A DNA stretch of 64,000 nucleotides from an uncultured Victivallales bacterium (lineage in GTDB: Bacteria; Verrucomicrobiota; Lentisphaeria; Oligosphaerales; JAFGRS01). The stretch is taken from NCBI GenBank assembly GCA_903837355.1, contig CAILUI010000200.1, positions 2,311 to 66,310 on the forward strand, given 5' to 3'. Positions within the stretch are counted from its first letter, which is position 1. Every line of letters starts with the position of its first letter. The notes beneath the pieces are model-generated. The model did not search any database, was not told the DNA's origin, and saw nothing but the letters and a program-made list of their open reading frames with translations. This document shows positions 44,595 through 53,913 of this stretch, in pieces. A program made the translations under genes and the position numbers.

Positions 44595-47423
44595 GTGGTT
44601 ACACGTTACCCGATCACGAGAGCCGTGACGCGCCTGGTCCTGGCCCTGGGCCTGCTGGGCTGGGCCGGCGCACGTGGGGAGGACGCCATGTCGGTATCGG
44701 CATTGACCAGCAAGCTTCTGCCGCAACCGCGCCAGGTGAGTGCCGGCGAGGGCGTCCTGCGCCTAGCCGGGCAGACCCTCGACGTCAGCCTGCCGGACGG
44801 CCCCGAGCACGATGCCTGCCGGACGGTCGTGCTGGCGGCGTTGCAGCGGGCGGGCCTGGCCACGACGGCGACCACGGCGGCGGCGGGGTGGACCTTCCAC
44901 GTGGGCGCCGGGGCGACGCTACCGGCGCTGCCCACAGAGGGTATCGTCGGCGAGGGCTATGCCCTGGCCATCGCGCCGACTGGCCTCAGCGCGGCGGCGG
45001 CCTCGCCCGCCGGACTGCTCTACGCGGCGGAAACGCTGGCGCAACTCGTCCGCCTCAGCGGTGGCACGGGCAGCCTGCCGGCACTCACCCTGCGCGACTC
45101 GCCCGAGTTCCGCCTGCGCGGTATCTACATCGAGGGCGGACAGGAGCGTTTCGGACGCATCGTCGACCCGGAGTACCTGAAGGCGCAGATCCGGCGCCTG
45201 GCTGAACTCAAGATGAATGTCCTGGTGGTAGAGGCCTATAACCTCTTCCCATACGCCTCCTTCCCGGCCTGTGCCGACGCGGGCACCCTGGCCGCAGCGG
45301 ACTGCGCGGCCGTGTTCGCCGAGGCGCGCCGCTGGCATGTGACGCTGGTGCCGTCGCTGCAGACCCTGGCTCAGGCCTCCGAACTGGTGTGGACCAGCGC
45401 CGCCGGGGAGCCCTACCGTGAGGCCACCGCCCCCGGGCTCATCTGCCCCTCGAACCCGGCGGTCTACCCCTTCATCAAAGGGCTCTACCGCGACCTGCTG
45501 ACCTGGTTCGGTGATACGCCCCTCATCGGCGTTGGCTGCAGCGAGATCGATATGCAGTGGCAGTCGCGTTACTGCCCGGCGTGCAAGGCGCGTATCGACA
45601 AAGGTGAGACGGTCCGGGACCTGCTGCTGGGCCATGCCGAACGCTGCGTTCAGGCGGTGGCCGAACTGGCGCAGGAGTTGAACCGGCCCGTGCGGCCGCT
45701 GATGTGGGGCGACGAGTTCTACATGTATGGCCCGGGCCGCGACTGGGTCGGCATCGAGCGCATCCCGCGCAGCGTGGTGATGGGCTTCTGGAAGTACTGG
45801 CCCGACTATGCCGGCATCGCCGGCTTGATGGAGCGCGGCTACGATGTCCTGGGTATCTCAGCCATCTACAATCACTGTTTCTATCTGGCTGACCTCTCGC
45901 CCGAGCAGCCGGCCAAGTCCTGGCCCTCGATGGCGGAGACGGGCGTCGTGAACATCGCCGGCATGGTCCGCGATGCCGCCGCGGCCCGCCGCGCCCACCC
46001 CGAGCGCGAATTCCTGGGCGTGGCCACGGCGTCGTTCTCCAAGCACCGTCTGCGCGCCTTCGACTCCCTCTGGCTCGGCTTTGCCCTCAACGGCCAGTGC
46101 CTGTGGAGCCAGTCGGAGCGGCCGCTCGCCGACTACCGCCGCGAGTTCCTGCTCAGCGCCGCCTGGCATCTCCACGACGCCCGCACTGCCGCCAGTGCCA
46201 CGGCGCTGGCCGACGCCTACGAGCGGCTGGACGCCTGCAAGTCGCGCCTGGAGCTTGCCAACCAGGCGCTCCATGATGTGGTCGGGGTGGTGGACACGCA
46301 GGAAGCGGGTTACCTCGGCAATACGGTGCGCGGCGCCTGGCAACGCTGCGGCGAACGGCTGACCGCCGCCGGCGAGCCCAACGCCGAGCTCACTGCCCTG
46401 CGCGCGGCCGCCGCCCAGACCAGCGCCGAGGTGGCGGCGGTCGACGCCCTGCTGGCCGCTCAGCACGCTGACGTCGGCGATGCCGCCGGACTGGCCGACC
46501 TGCGGCTGGCCGCCGCGAAGATCCGCAACCACGCCGAGCGTCAACTGCTGCTGATCGACTCCTGCGCCGGCTTGGCGCGGGCCGCCGCCCTGCCGCGCAC
46601 CGAGGCCCTCCGTCTGCTTGGCGACTATGCCGCGCGCTGGCAGACGCAGCGCCGGGAGGTCGAGACCATCCTGGGCCAGGTCGCGCCCCTGTGCACGCAG
46701 GGCGATCCCTCTGGCTACAGCGCTGTCCTCGCCGACGTGACCGCCATCGCCGCCCACCTCGCCCGGCTCGCGCTGGCCGGGCCGGCGGCGGCCGCGGGCG
46801 GCGACGGCGGCGGGGAGACACTCATCGACGAACGCTTTACCGCGGCCCCTGCTGCCGCCGTCTGGGAGGTACTCGGCTCCCCGCGCGTCGAGGCCGGACA
46901 CATGGAGACCGCGGCGCCAGGCGGCTGGGCAAACCGTTGCGGCCTGCTGACCCGGCAGTCGTTTGCGCTCGAAGCCGAACGGCCCCTGCTGATCGAGTGC
47001 GAGTTGACGCCCGTCAAGATCGGCGTCGACAGCCAGCTTGTAGCGGCCGCCACCGACCCCCGTGAGATCTCCTTCCGCTTCGCGCTCGCCGGCTCCGCCG
47101 GCCGGCTGTCCGTCCACACGCAGTCCGGCGTTGCGCTCACGGGTGGCTGGGTGAACCCCAGCCCCGGCTGGATGCAGCGCTCGGTCAGTCCCGAGGTGAC
47201 CGCGGGCCAGACCTATCGCCTGCGCGCCGAAATCACGCGCAGTTCGTGGCGGGTCATCCTGCAGCGTCCCGAAGAGACCCCTTGGGACCTGCCGTTCTGG
47301 GACACCGGCGCGGTCCCCATGGACGAACTGGCCGAGACCCGCCTGGTGTTCGCCGATGTCGAGCCCGAGGGCGGCAGTGGCGCCACCCGCTGGGGGGCGT
47401 TGCGCATCCGTCGCGGGCGCTAG
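44595..47423 (+). CDS. Secreted GH20-like glycoside hydrolase with helical and beta-sandwich C-terminal domains
   Basis: LLPQPRQV, EGYAL..GLLYAAETLAQL..LRDSPEFRLRG (GH20b + TIM), CPSNP, GCSE and MWGDE. GTG start follows AAGGGGG. Confidence 0.7.
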   Translation: MVTRYPITRAVTRLVLALGLLGWAGARGEDAMSVSALTSKLLPQPRQVSAGEGVLRLAGQTLDVSLPDGPEHDACRTVVLAALQRAGLATTATTAAAGWTFHVGAGATLPALPTEGIVGEGYALAIAPTGLSAAAASPAGLLYAAETLAQLVRLSGGTGSLPALTLRDSPEFRLRGIYIEGGQERFGRIVDPEYLKAQIRRLAELKMNVLVVEAYNLFPYASFPACADAGTLAAADCAAVFAEARRWHVTLVPSLQTLAQASELVWTSAAGEPYREATAPGLICPSNPAVYPFIKGLYRDLLTWFGDTPLIGVGCSEIDMQWQSRYCPACKARIDKGETVRDLLLGHAERCVQAVAELAQELNRPVRPLMWGDEFYMYGPGRDWVGIERIPRSVVMGFWKYWPDYAGIAGLMERGYDVLGISAIYNHCFYLADLSPEQPAKSWPSMAETGVVNIAGMVRDAAAARRAHPEREFLGVATASFSKHRLRAFDSLWLGFALNGQCLWSQSERPLADYRREFLLSAAWHLHDARTAASATALADAYERLDACKSRLELANQALHDVVGVVDTQEAGYLGNTVRGAWQRCGERLTAAGEPNAELTALRAAAAQTSAEVAAVDALLAAQHADVGDAAGLADLRLAAAKIRNHAERQLLLIDSCAGLARAAALPRTEALRLLGDYAARWQTQRREVETILGQVAPLCTQGDPSGYSAVLADVTAIAAHLARLALAGPAAAAGGDGGGETLIDERFTAAPAAAVWEVLGSPRVEAGHMETAAPGGWANRCGLLTRQSFALEAERPLLIECELTPVKIGVDSQLVAAATDPREISFRFALAGSAGRLSVHTQSGVALTGGWVNPSPGWMQRSVSPEVTAGQTYRLRAEITRSSWRVILQRPEETPWDLPFWDTGAVPMDELAETRLVFADVEPEGGSGATRWGALRIRRGR

Positions 47424-47453
47424 CAGAACGCCGGCCGCCAGGGGTTCCGGGCC

Positions 47454-49382
47454 TTACTCCACGAGCACGATGTCGTGGAGCGCCACCGAGTCGAGTGTGA
47501 GCCGAATCGTGCCCTCCTTGTACTCGTGCGGGATGGGCCTGTATCCGGGCACACGCTCGACGCGAGTCGGCTTCTGGCGGTTGCGGATGGTGATCTCGAG
47601 CGGGCCGACCGGGTCGATGGTGCCGATGATCGCGGCGGTGCGGTGCGGCCCACTGGTGTTGACGAGATGGACCGCGAGCTCGCCCTTGGTCGTCCGCAGC
47701 AGTGAAACATCGACGTCGTGACTGCCGCGGACCCTGACGATCGGCTCGGGCAGCAGTTCCGCCAGGATGGCGGCGGTGAAGTCGCGAAGCTCCGGGCTGG
47801 GGGTCCCGTAGTAAGTGGTATCCGGCGGCTTGCCGACCAGGGCAATCGTGCCGAGGCCGACCTGGTAGTAACGGAGCGAGTACGCCGGCGGCGCCGCCGC
47901 CACGACCACGGCAGCAGCGGACTCGAGGACCTCCCGGAAGATCGCGGCCGGCCCCGAGCCGACCAGCAGCAGCCTGCCACCCTTGCGGACGTACTCGGGA
48001 ACGACCGCGACGAAGGCCGGCTCCAGGAACTCCCAGTCGGAAACCACGACCAGCGGGTAGTCATCGAGCCGCCGGGCCAGCCGGTCTGCCAACACGACCT
48101 CGACGGGGACCTGGTTCTCGAGGATCGAGATGGCGGCCCCGTACTGCCAGCGGTCCCACCAGAAGAGCCCCCGACCGCCGCTATCCCAGCGCCGGTACGT
48201 GCCCGCGGTCGAGACGCAGACCGCGACCTGCGGCACCGGCGTCGCCTTGAAGCAGACCTCCTGGCGTTCGCGGCAGAAGCGGGCGACGTCCGCAAAGAGC
48301 CTGATCTTCTCCAGATCGACACTGCCGTCTCGGACGTTCCCCGGACCAGCCTGCGAGAACACCGCCTGGTAGCCGCCGCCCTGCGCAATCACGCAGGCGG
48401 CCTCACGCATGAGCTGGATGGCGGGCTTGCGCGATTCCGGGGGGTCCAGGGTGCCCAGATTCCAAGTGTTGAAGCTCCAGGACATCAGGTCCCAGGGAAC
48501 GCCTTGGGAGGCAAACATGCGCGACTCGAAACGGGCCCCATCCACGCTGTTGAGGCCACAGATATCGCCCGAGGTGAAACCGACTGGCAGACAGACCGCC
48601 TCGGGCATGTGGGTCGAGAAGGCCCAGTTGCAGCAGATCTCGAAGCCGGGGGCGGCTTTCGTGACCTGCTCGATGTAGCGACCGACATAGCGGCGGAACG
48701 ACTGGCGATGGAACTCGCGCCACTCGTGCCAACCGGGGTCGGCCGGCGAAGTCGGCACCGCCTCCCGTCCGGTCTGCTGACGGAATGCCATCTGGCTCTG
48801 CTCGCAGTAGTCCACACTCGCCCGCCACACATCCCCGTCCACCCAGATCCCGTCGAGCCGGTAGTCAACCGCCAGCTCGATCAACTGCGGGATCAGCACC
48901 CGGTCGACGTAGGGGCCGAATACAGAGGCATTCTGGGCGTCCGGCGTGCCGTCGGCAAGGACTCTGGTCCACTCCGGGTGGAGCGTCATGGCCTGGATGT
49001 CCCAGAGCCCCGAGTAGTGGCCGTAGAGCGGGATGCCGCGCCGCGCGGTGACGTCGCGCCACACCCGCAGGGGGTCCCCGACGAAGCTGCCCCCGTGGTT
49101 GCCCACCTGGGTCGGGTAGCTTGAGACTCCGGGATGGCCTTTGGTGTCGACCTCGATGTAGTCGGGCTGCAGGGTATCCAGGATCGCGGTGACCATCGGC
49201 GCCGTGGTGTTCCTCCCGAGTTCCCGGTCGTACAACTCGGCGTGGAAGTCGAAGTGCACCCCGAAGAAGCAGTCGGCCCGCCGCCGCGGCGGTGGCTCCT
49301 GCGCGGCGGCGGCCAGGGGTTCCGAGAGGGCTGCCGCACAAAGAGTCGGAAGGAGTACCGGCATGCAGTGTTCGAGGTTCAT
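47454..49382 (-). CDS. Putative glycoside hydrolase (GH29/GHL6-like TIM barrel plus trimerisation-like domain)
   Basis: Motifs GVHFDFH, KGHPGVSSYPT, DGIWVDGD and SGD. Confidence 0.6.
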   Translation of the reverse strand: MNLEHCMPVLLPTLCAAALSEPLAAAAQEPPPRRRADCFFGVHFDFHAELYDRELGRNTTAPMVTAILDTLQPDYIEVDTKGHPGVSSYPTQVGNHGGSFVGDPLRVWRDVTARRGIPLYGHYSGLWDIQAMTLHPEWTRVLADGTPDAQNASVFGPYVDRVLIPQLIELAVDYRLDGIWVDGDVWRASVDYCEQSQMAFRQQTGREAVPTSPADPGWHEWREFHRQSFRRYVGRYIEQVTKAAPGFEICCNWAFSTHMPEAVCLPVGFTSGDICGLNSVDGARFESRMFASQGVPWDLMSWSFNTWNLGTLDPPESRKPAIQLMREAACVIAQGGGYQAVFSQAGPGNVRDGSVDLEKIRLFADVARFCRERQEVCFKATPVPQVAVCVSTAGTYRRWDSGGRGLFWWDRWQYGAAISILENQVPVEVVLADRLARRLDDYPLVVVSDWEFLEPAFVAVVPEYVRKGGRLLLVGSGPAAIFREVLESAAAVVVAAAPPAYSLRYYQVGLGTIALVGKPPDTTYYGTPSPELRDFTAAILAELLPEPIVRVRGSHDVDVSLLRTTKGELAVHLVNTSGPHRTAAIIGTIDPVGPLEITIRNRQKPTRVERVPGYRPIPHEYKEGTIRLTLDSVALHDIVLVE

Positions 49383-49445
49383 GGTGCTGATCGTCCTTAC
49401 GCCTCAAGCGTCCCTTCCCGGAGCCGGCATGGCCAGACGCCTGCC

Positions 49446-52400
49446 CTAGGGGCGCCCGGGACCGGGGTCGGCTGCCCGCTCGGCGACCAGCAGGCGGAAG
49501 CCGCGCGGCTTGAGCTCGAACTCGACGGCCGCGTTGCCGCCGTGCAAGGCGTCGGTCAGGGTGCGACCGTTGAGCCGCACCGGCCTGGCACCATAGGCGG
49601 TGTTGAAGACCACGAGCAGCTCCCGGCCCTCGCGTTGGTAGGTCGAGATCCTGACCTCGGCCACCTGTGCGGCGCTCAGTTCGTTGCGCCAGTAGGGGAT
49701 GAAGGCGGTGTCCGGAGCGTCCGCCTGGAAGGCGTCCAGTGCCTGCCAGACCATCATGTTCCCCGCGATCTCGACCCCGTTGACCGTGTAGAGAGTCTCG
49801 CCGTGGAGCAGAGCCATCCCCCAGCACTCCTCCTGGATCACGCCGGAACGCTGGAAGATGGGGTACTGCTTGTAGAGCAAGCCGGCGAAGTGGTGGTTGA
49901 CCGTGCCCAGTTGCCGGGTGTTCATGTAGTGGAGTTGGAAGAAGCCCATCGACAACGTCGCATAGTTCGGCGCGGTGGTCCACTCTTCGCCGTACACATT
50001 GACGTCAACCCAGGCCGTCAGCGGCGAGGCCGCGCCACCATGCAGCAGGAGCAGGCCGTCTGGATCGTGCTCCTTGACCAGCTTCTGCATCCGCAGGAAC
50101 TGCTCGCGCACCGCCAGGAAAGGCATCGTGGCCTGTGTGGCGCCGGACTCGTCCCGCCAGCCGCAGTTGTGGAAACGGTTGGTGCAGGCCCGGATCCCGC
50201 TCATGTCCATGTAGAAGCTGCTGACCCCCTGGCGCAACCGCTGTTCGACCCCGCTCAGATAGTAGTCGGGCCAGGAGCCCGCCGCGCAGGTCAGGGTCGC
50301 GTAGGTCTCGATCGGCAGATGGGTCGCGGGATAGGTCTCGAAATCCTGCAGGAACGGCGTGGCGTGAGCCGGAGTCAAGGTCGTGCAGAGGCTGTCGTAC
50401 CAGAGCGTCGCGCGCCCGCCCAGCGAACGCCGGATACCGTCGAGGTGCCGGTCGATCTCCACGATATTGGCCGGGGATGGCCGCGGGTTACCGCTCTGGT
50501 TGTCACGCAGCGTCCAGCAGGGCAGACTCTGCGCCGCGAAGTAGCCATACGGGATCTGCGGAAAGACCTGCGGCCACATGAAACGGTCGGCAAAGCTCTC
50601 GGCTCGGCACTGCTCGGAGACCTTGGTGGCCCGCGTGTAATCCGGCTGCCAGGGCGGTTCGCCGTCGGGGAAGAACTGCCCGACCTTGCGCAGCCGCGAC
50701 CAGTCAGTGACCGGCTTGGCGGGCGTGATCATGACCCCGAATTCGTAGTCGAGGACACCCGTCACGCGGGTCGGATGGTCAATCAGGTTGAAGGCCAGTT
50801 CCAGCCGCTGGTCGGTCTCGGCAGTGGTGACGTAGTCGCCCGCGACCGCCAGGTTCCGGGTTGACGGGAACAGGACGTACACACCGCGGTCCTCGCCGCC
50901 GATCCAGTAGCTATGGAAGAAGCTGTTCTTGGCGATCCAGCCGTCGTCCGCGACCCGCCCCACATCGCAGGTCATCTCCGGGGTGGGTACCGAGCCCGGC
51001 GCGCGGGCGCCGCAGATCAGCGCCGCAAAGCCGCGGTTGGTCATCGGCGCCAGCGAGGCCGAGGCGCGCACGTAGCGCAGGCCCGTGGCCGCCAGCGGCA
51101 CGTCGAGGGCCAGGCGCTCGACGGTCACCGGCGCGGTCTTCGGCGCCAGTTCGACCCGGTACCAGGCCAACCCGTCGAACTCGATCCGGATCTCGGCTCG
51201 CAGGGTCAGGGACTCGGCGGCACCGCGGTAGGCCAGCGTGGCACCGCGACCATCGCGGGCGCTGATCCGCAGCGGCTCGACAGCCTCGAACCTGACCTCG
51301 CGGCCGTCGACCACCGCAACGACGCGCCACGGGGCCGCGCTGAAGCCGTCACCAAACAGCCGGATGGCGTCGGGCAACGGCGAGGTCCCGAAGCAGATCT
51401 CATGCTTGAAGATGCCGACCCTCACCGTGTCGGCGGTCTCGTTCAGGGTGATCGGGCTCCAGGGCGGCGGCGGCGTGTCCAAGGCCCCCGGGTGGCGGTC
51501 CATCCAGCTCGGATCGCGCTCGACCGGAGCGATGTCCAGAGCGGTGGTGTAGAGGACACTGCCGGCGGCGTCGACCAGCATGGCCGCCGCGCTCGCGGAG
51601 TTGTCGGGCATCGCGGTGGTCAGCTCGGCCCAGCGGCGGCCCGGCGGTAGCGTCTGCTCGGCCTGCGTGAGGACGTTGCCGGCGGCGCCGCGCGCCTCGA
51701 GGCGAACGCGCGCCCCGGGCGGCACCGTCTCGAGGGTGGTCGCGGCCAGGCACACCAACTGGCGCGCCGGAAACAGCGGGGCGATATCCGCGTAGAACGG
51801 CGGCCGGATCACGGCATGGCCCTGGTTCCGCCCGACGACCCCGTCGGCATCGCTGACGGTGTAGCTCCACATTGCCGGGACCGATCCGGCGACGTCGATC
51901 GTGCGCAGGAACTCCACCCGCCTGTCCGCGACCGGGACCTGCTCGTCGAGGTAGGTGCGCTGGTAGTCGGAGACGTGCCAAACCCGGCCGGCCACGGTGC
52001 ACCCCGCGCCCGCCTGGCTCAGTTCGCCCATTACGCCACCGCGGCCTTTGCCGAAATTCTCGATCTGCCCAAAGCGAAGTACCCGCTTCTCCGGCACGAA
52101 CAGGAGGGTGCCAAAGAGATCCGGGTTGGGGAGGTCCCAGACGCTCTCGGATTTGCCCCAGGCGCTGATCGACGGCGTTGCCGAGAACCGCGTGTTGCCG
52201 TGGAAGCGGACGAACTGCGCCGGGAAGGCAAGCGCTGCCGTCGGCGCCGTCATCGCTAGTGTCGCCCACGGGATCGCCAGTTCCGCCTCCCACACCGCCC
52301 CGGCCAGAAACGCTTCCGGCAGAACCCGGCTGCGGTACTCCCACGGCGGGTTCCAGTCGCCGTAAGGCTGAACATCCCAGCGCTGGTAGCGGACCTCGGC

Positions 52401-52811
52401 CTTGCCGCCGCCGCGCTCGATGACGAACTTGTACCAGGCCTGTTCCCCGGGCTTGCAGAGGGTGATCTCAAGGCTGTCGATGCCGCGGGTCTCGGTGGTG
52501 TCATGCGGCACCGGAGCGATCTCCGGGTCGAAGTCCATCCGGCTACGCAGCGCAATGTAGAGGTTGGCGGTGTCGTACTTCAGCAGCACCGCCGCCGGCG
52601 GTTCGACCGGGACCATGCGGGTGTCGACCGAGATGAACGGCGGCAGTCCGGCCGCGTCCGCCCATTCGGCCTCGCCGACGACGCCATCGATCGTGGGGGC
52701 GCTCCCGGTGGAGACCCGCTGCGCGATGGCGTCATTGGCGGCCGCGTCGCCGCAGCCGCTGGCAATCAGCAGCGCCGCCACGATGCTGGCACCCCGTCTC
52801 TGGCTCGTCAT
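49446..52811 (-). CDS. Large secreted putative glycoside hydrolase (CBM9-like N-domain plus DUF6067-like domain)
   Basis: Signal/lipobox-like N-terminus, PTIDGVVGEAEW, PPPWSPI, IEFDGL, TPAKP, YMD...CTNRFHNCG and FIPYW. Confidence 0.6.
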   Translation of the reverse strand: MTSQRRGASIVAALLIASGCGDAAANDAIAQRVSTGSAPTIDGVVGEAEWADAAGLPPFISVDTRMVPVEPPAAVLLKYDTANLYIALRSRMDFDPEIAPVPHDTTETRGIDSLEITLCKPGEQAWYKFVIERGGGKAEVRYQRWDVQPYGDWNPPWEYRSRVLPEAFLAGAVWEAELAIPWATLAMTAPTAALAFPAQFVRFHGNTRFSATPSISAWGKSESVWDLPNPDLFGTLLFVPEKRVLRFGQIENFGKGRGGVMGELSQAGAGCTVAGRVWHVSDYQRTYLDEQVPVADRRVEFLRTIDVAGSVPAMWSYTVSDADGVVGRNQGHAVIRPPFYADIAPLFPARQLVCLAATTLETVPPGARVRLEARGAAGNVLTQAEQTLPPGRRWAELTTAMPDNSASAAAMLVDAAGSVLYTTALDIAPVERDPSWMDRHPGALDTPPPPWSPITLNETADTVRVGIFKHEICFGTSPLPDAIRLFGDGFSAAPWRVVAVVDGREVRFEAVEPLRISARDGRGATLAYRGAAESLTLRAEIRIEFDGLAWYRVELAPKTAPVTVERLALDVPLAATGLRYVRASASLAPMTNRGFAALICGARAPGSVPTPEMTCDVGRVADDGWIAKNSFFHSYWIGGEDRGVYVLFPSTRNLAVAGDYVTTAETDQRLELAFNLIDHPTRVTGVLDYEFGVMITPAKPVTDWSRLRKVGQFFPDGEPPWQPDYTRATKVSEQCRAESFADRFMWPQVFPQIPYGYFAAQSLPCWTLRDNQSGNPRPSPANIVEIDRHLDGIRRSLGGRATLWYDSLCTTLTPAHATPFLQDFETYPATHLPIETYATLTCAAGSWPDYYLSGVEQRLRQGVSSFYMDMSGIRACTNRFHNCGWRDESGATQATMPFLAVREQFLRMQKLVKEHDPDGLLLLHGGAASPLTAWVDVNVYGEEWTTAPNYATLSMGFFQLHYMNTRQLGTVNHHFAGLLYKQYPIFQRSGVIQEECWGMALLHGETLYTVNGVEIAGNMMVWQALDAFQADAPDTAFIPYWRNELSAAQVAEVRISTYQREGRELLVVFNTAYGARPVRLNGRTLTDALHGGNAAVEFELKPRGFRLLVAERAADPGPGRP

Positions 52812-52839
52812 GCCGATCCCTCAAGGCCGCTGGTTTCGG

Positions 52840-53898
52840 TCATTCGGGGCTTGCCTGATCGGGGCGTTCTGCGGCGGCGGGCGTTCTGCGGCGCAGTTGG
52901 CCGCAGGCGGCCTGGATGCGCTCGCCTTTGCGCTGGCGCAGAGTCACTTTCGCCCCCAGGCTGCGAACGCGTTCCTCGAAGGCGCGGACCTGACGCTCAG
53001 CCGGCGCCTGGTAGTGCTCGCTGACGGGGTTGCAGGGGATGAGGTTGATCTTGGCATCGAGGCGGCGCGCCAGGGCGGCGAGGCCGAGAGCGTCGTCCTG
53101 ACTGTCGTTACCGCCAGCCATGAGGGCGTACTCGAGGGTGACGATGCGGCCGGTGCATTCGCGATAGTAGCGGCAGGCATCGAGGATCTCGGCCAGGGGG
53201 TAGCGGTAGCGTGCCGGGATCAGGCGCCCGCGCTGCTCATCGGTCAAAGCGTGCAGGCTCAGGGCCAGGTGCCATTGCCGGCGCAGTTCAGCCAGGCGGC
53301 GGATGCCGGGGACGATGCCGCTGGTCGAGATGGTGATGTGCCGGGCGCCGACGCCGAGGCATTCGGGACCGCAGATCAGGTCGAGGGCGGCGATCAGGTG
53401 CTCGAGGTTCAGCAGGGGTTCACCCATGCCCATGACCACGATGTTGTCGACGCGCTGCTGCAGGTGCCGGCAGGCGGCGATGACCTGGTCGACGATCTCC
53501 CCCGGCTCCAGGTCGCGGATGAGACCGTCGCGGCCGCTGGCGCAGAAGGTGCAGCGCACTGGGCAACCGACCTGGGTGCTGATGCAGACGGTTTGGCGGT
53601 CGGGGGCGCGGATGAGGACGGTCTCGATGCTCTCGCCATCAACGAGGCGGAATAACCACTTGACGGTGTCGTCGTCGGCCGTCTGCGTCTCCAGCGGCTC
53701 CAGGCCGAAGGCGAGGAAGTCGTCGGTCAGCGCCTGGCGCAGGGCGGTCGGCAGGTTCCCCATGGCCACAAAGTCGATGGCCCAACGGCTGTAGAGCCAG
53801 TCGCGGATCTGCTTGAGCCGGAAGGCAGCCTGGCCGTGGGCCTGAAGCCAGGCGGTCAGCTCGGCGGCAGGCAGGTTTTTGATCAGCCGTAGGGCCAT
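52840..53898 (-). CDS. rlmN: Radical SAM 23S rRNA m2A2503/tRNA methyltransferase RlmN
   Basis: Motifs CISTQVGCPVRCTFCASG, MGMGEP, ALSLHA and AACGQL. Confidence 0.95.
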   Translation of the reverse strand: MALRLIKNLPAAELTAWLQAHGQAAFRLKQIRDWLYSRWAIDFVAMGNLPTALRQALTDDFLAFGLEPLETQTADDDTVKWLFRLVDGESIETVLIRAPDRQTVCISTQVGCPVRCTFCASGRDGLIRDLEPGEIVDQVIAACRHLQQRVDNIVVMGMGEPLLNLEHLIAALDLICGPECLGVGARHITISTSGIVPGIRRLAELRRQWHLALSLHALTDEQRGRLIPARYRYPLAEILDACRYYRECTGRIVTLEYALMAGGNDSQDDALGLAALARRLDAKINLIPCNPVSEHYQAPAERQVRAFEERVRSLGAKVTLRQRKGERIQAACGQLRRRTPAAAERPDQASPE

Positions 53899-53913
53899 GC
53901 GTCTTTCGGGCCT

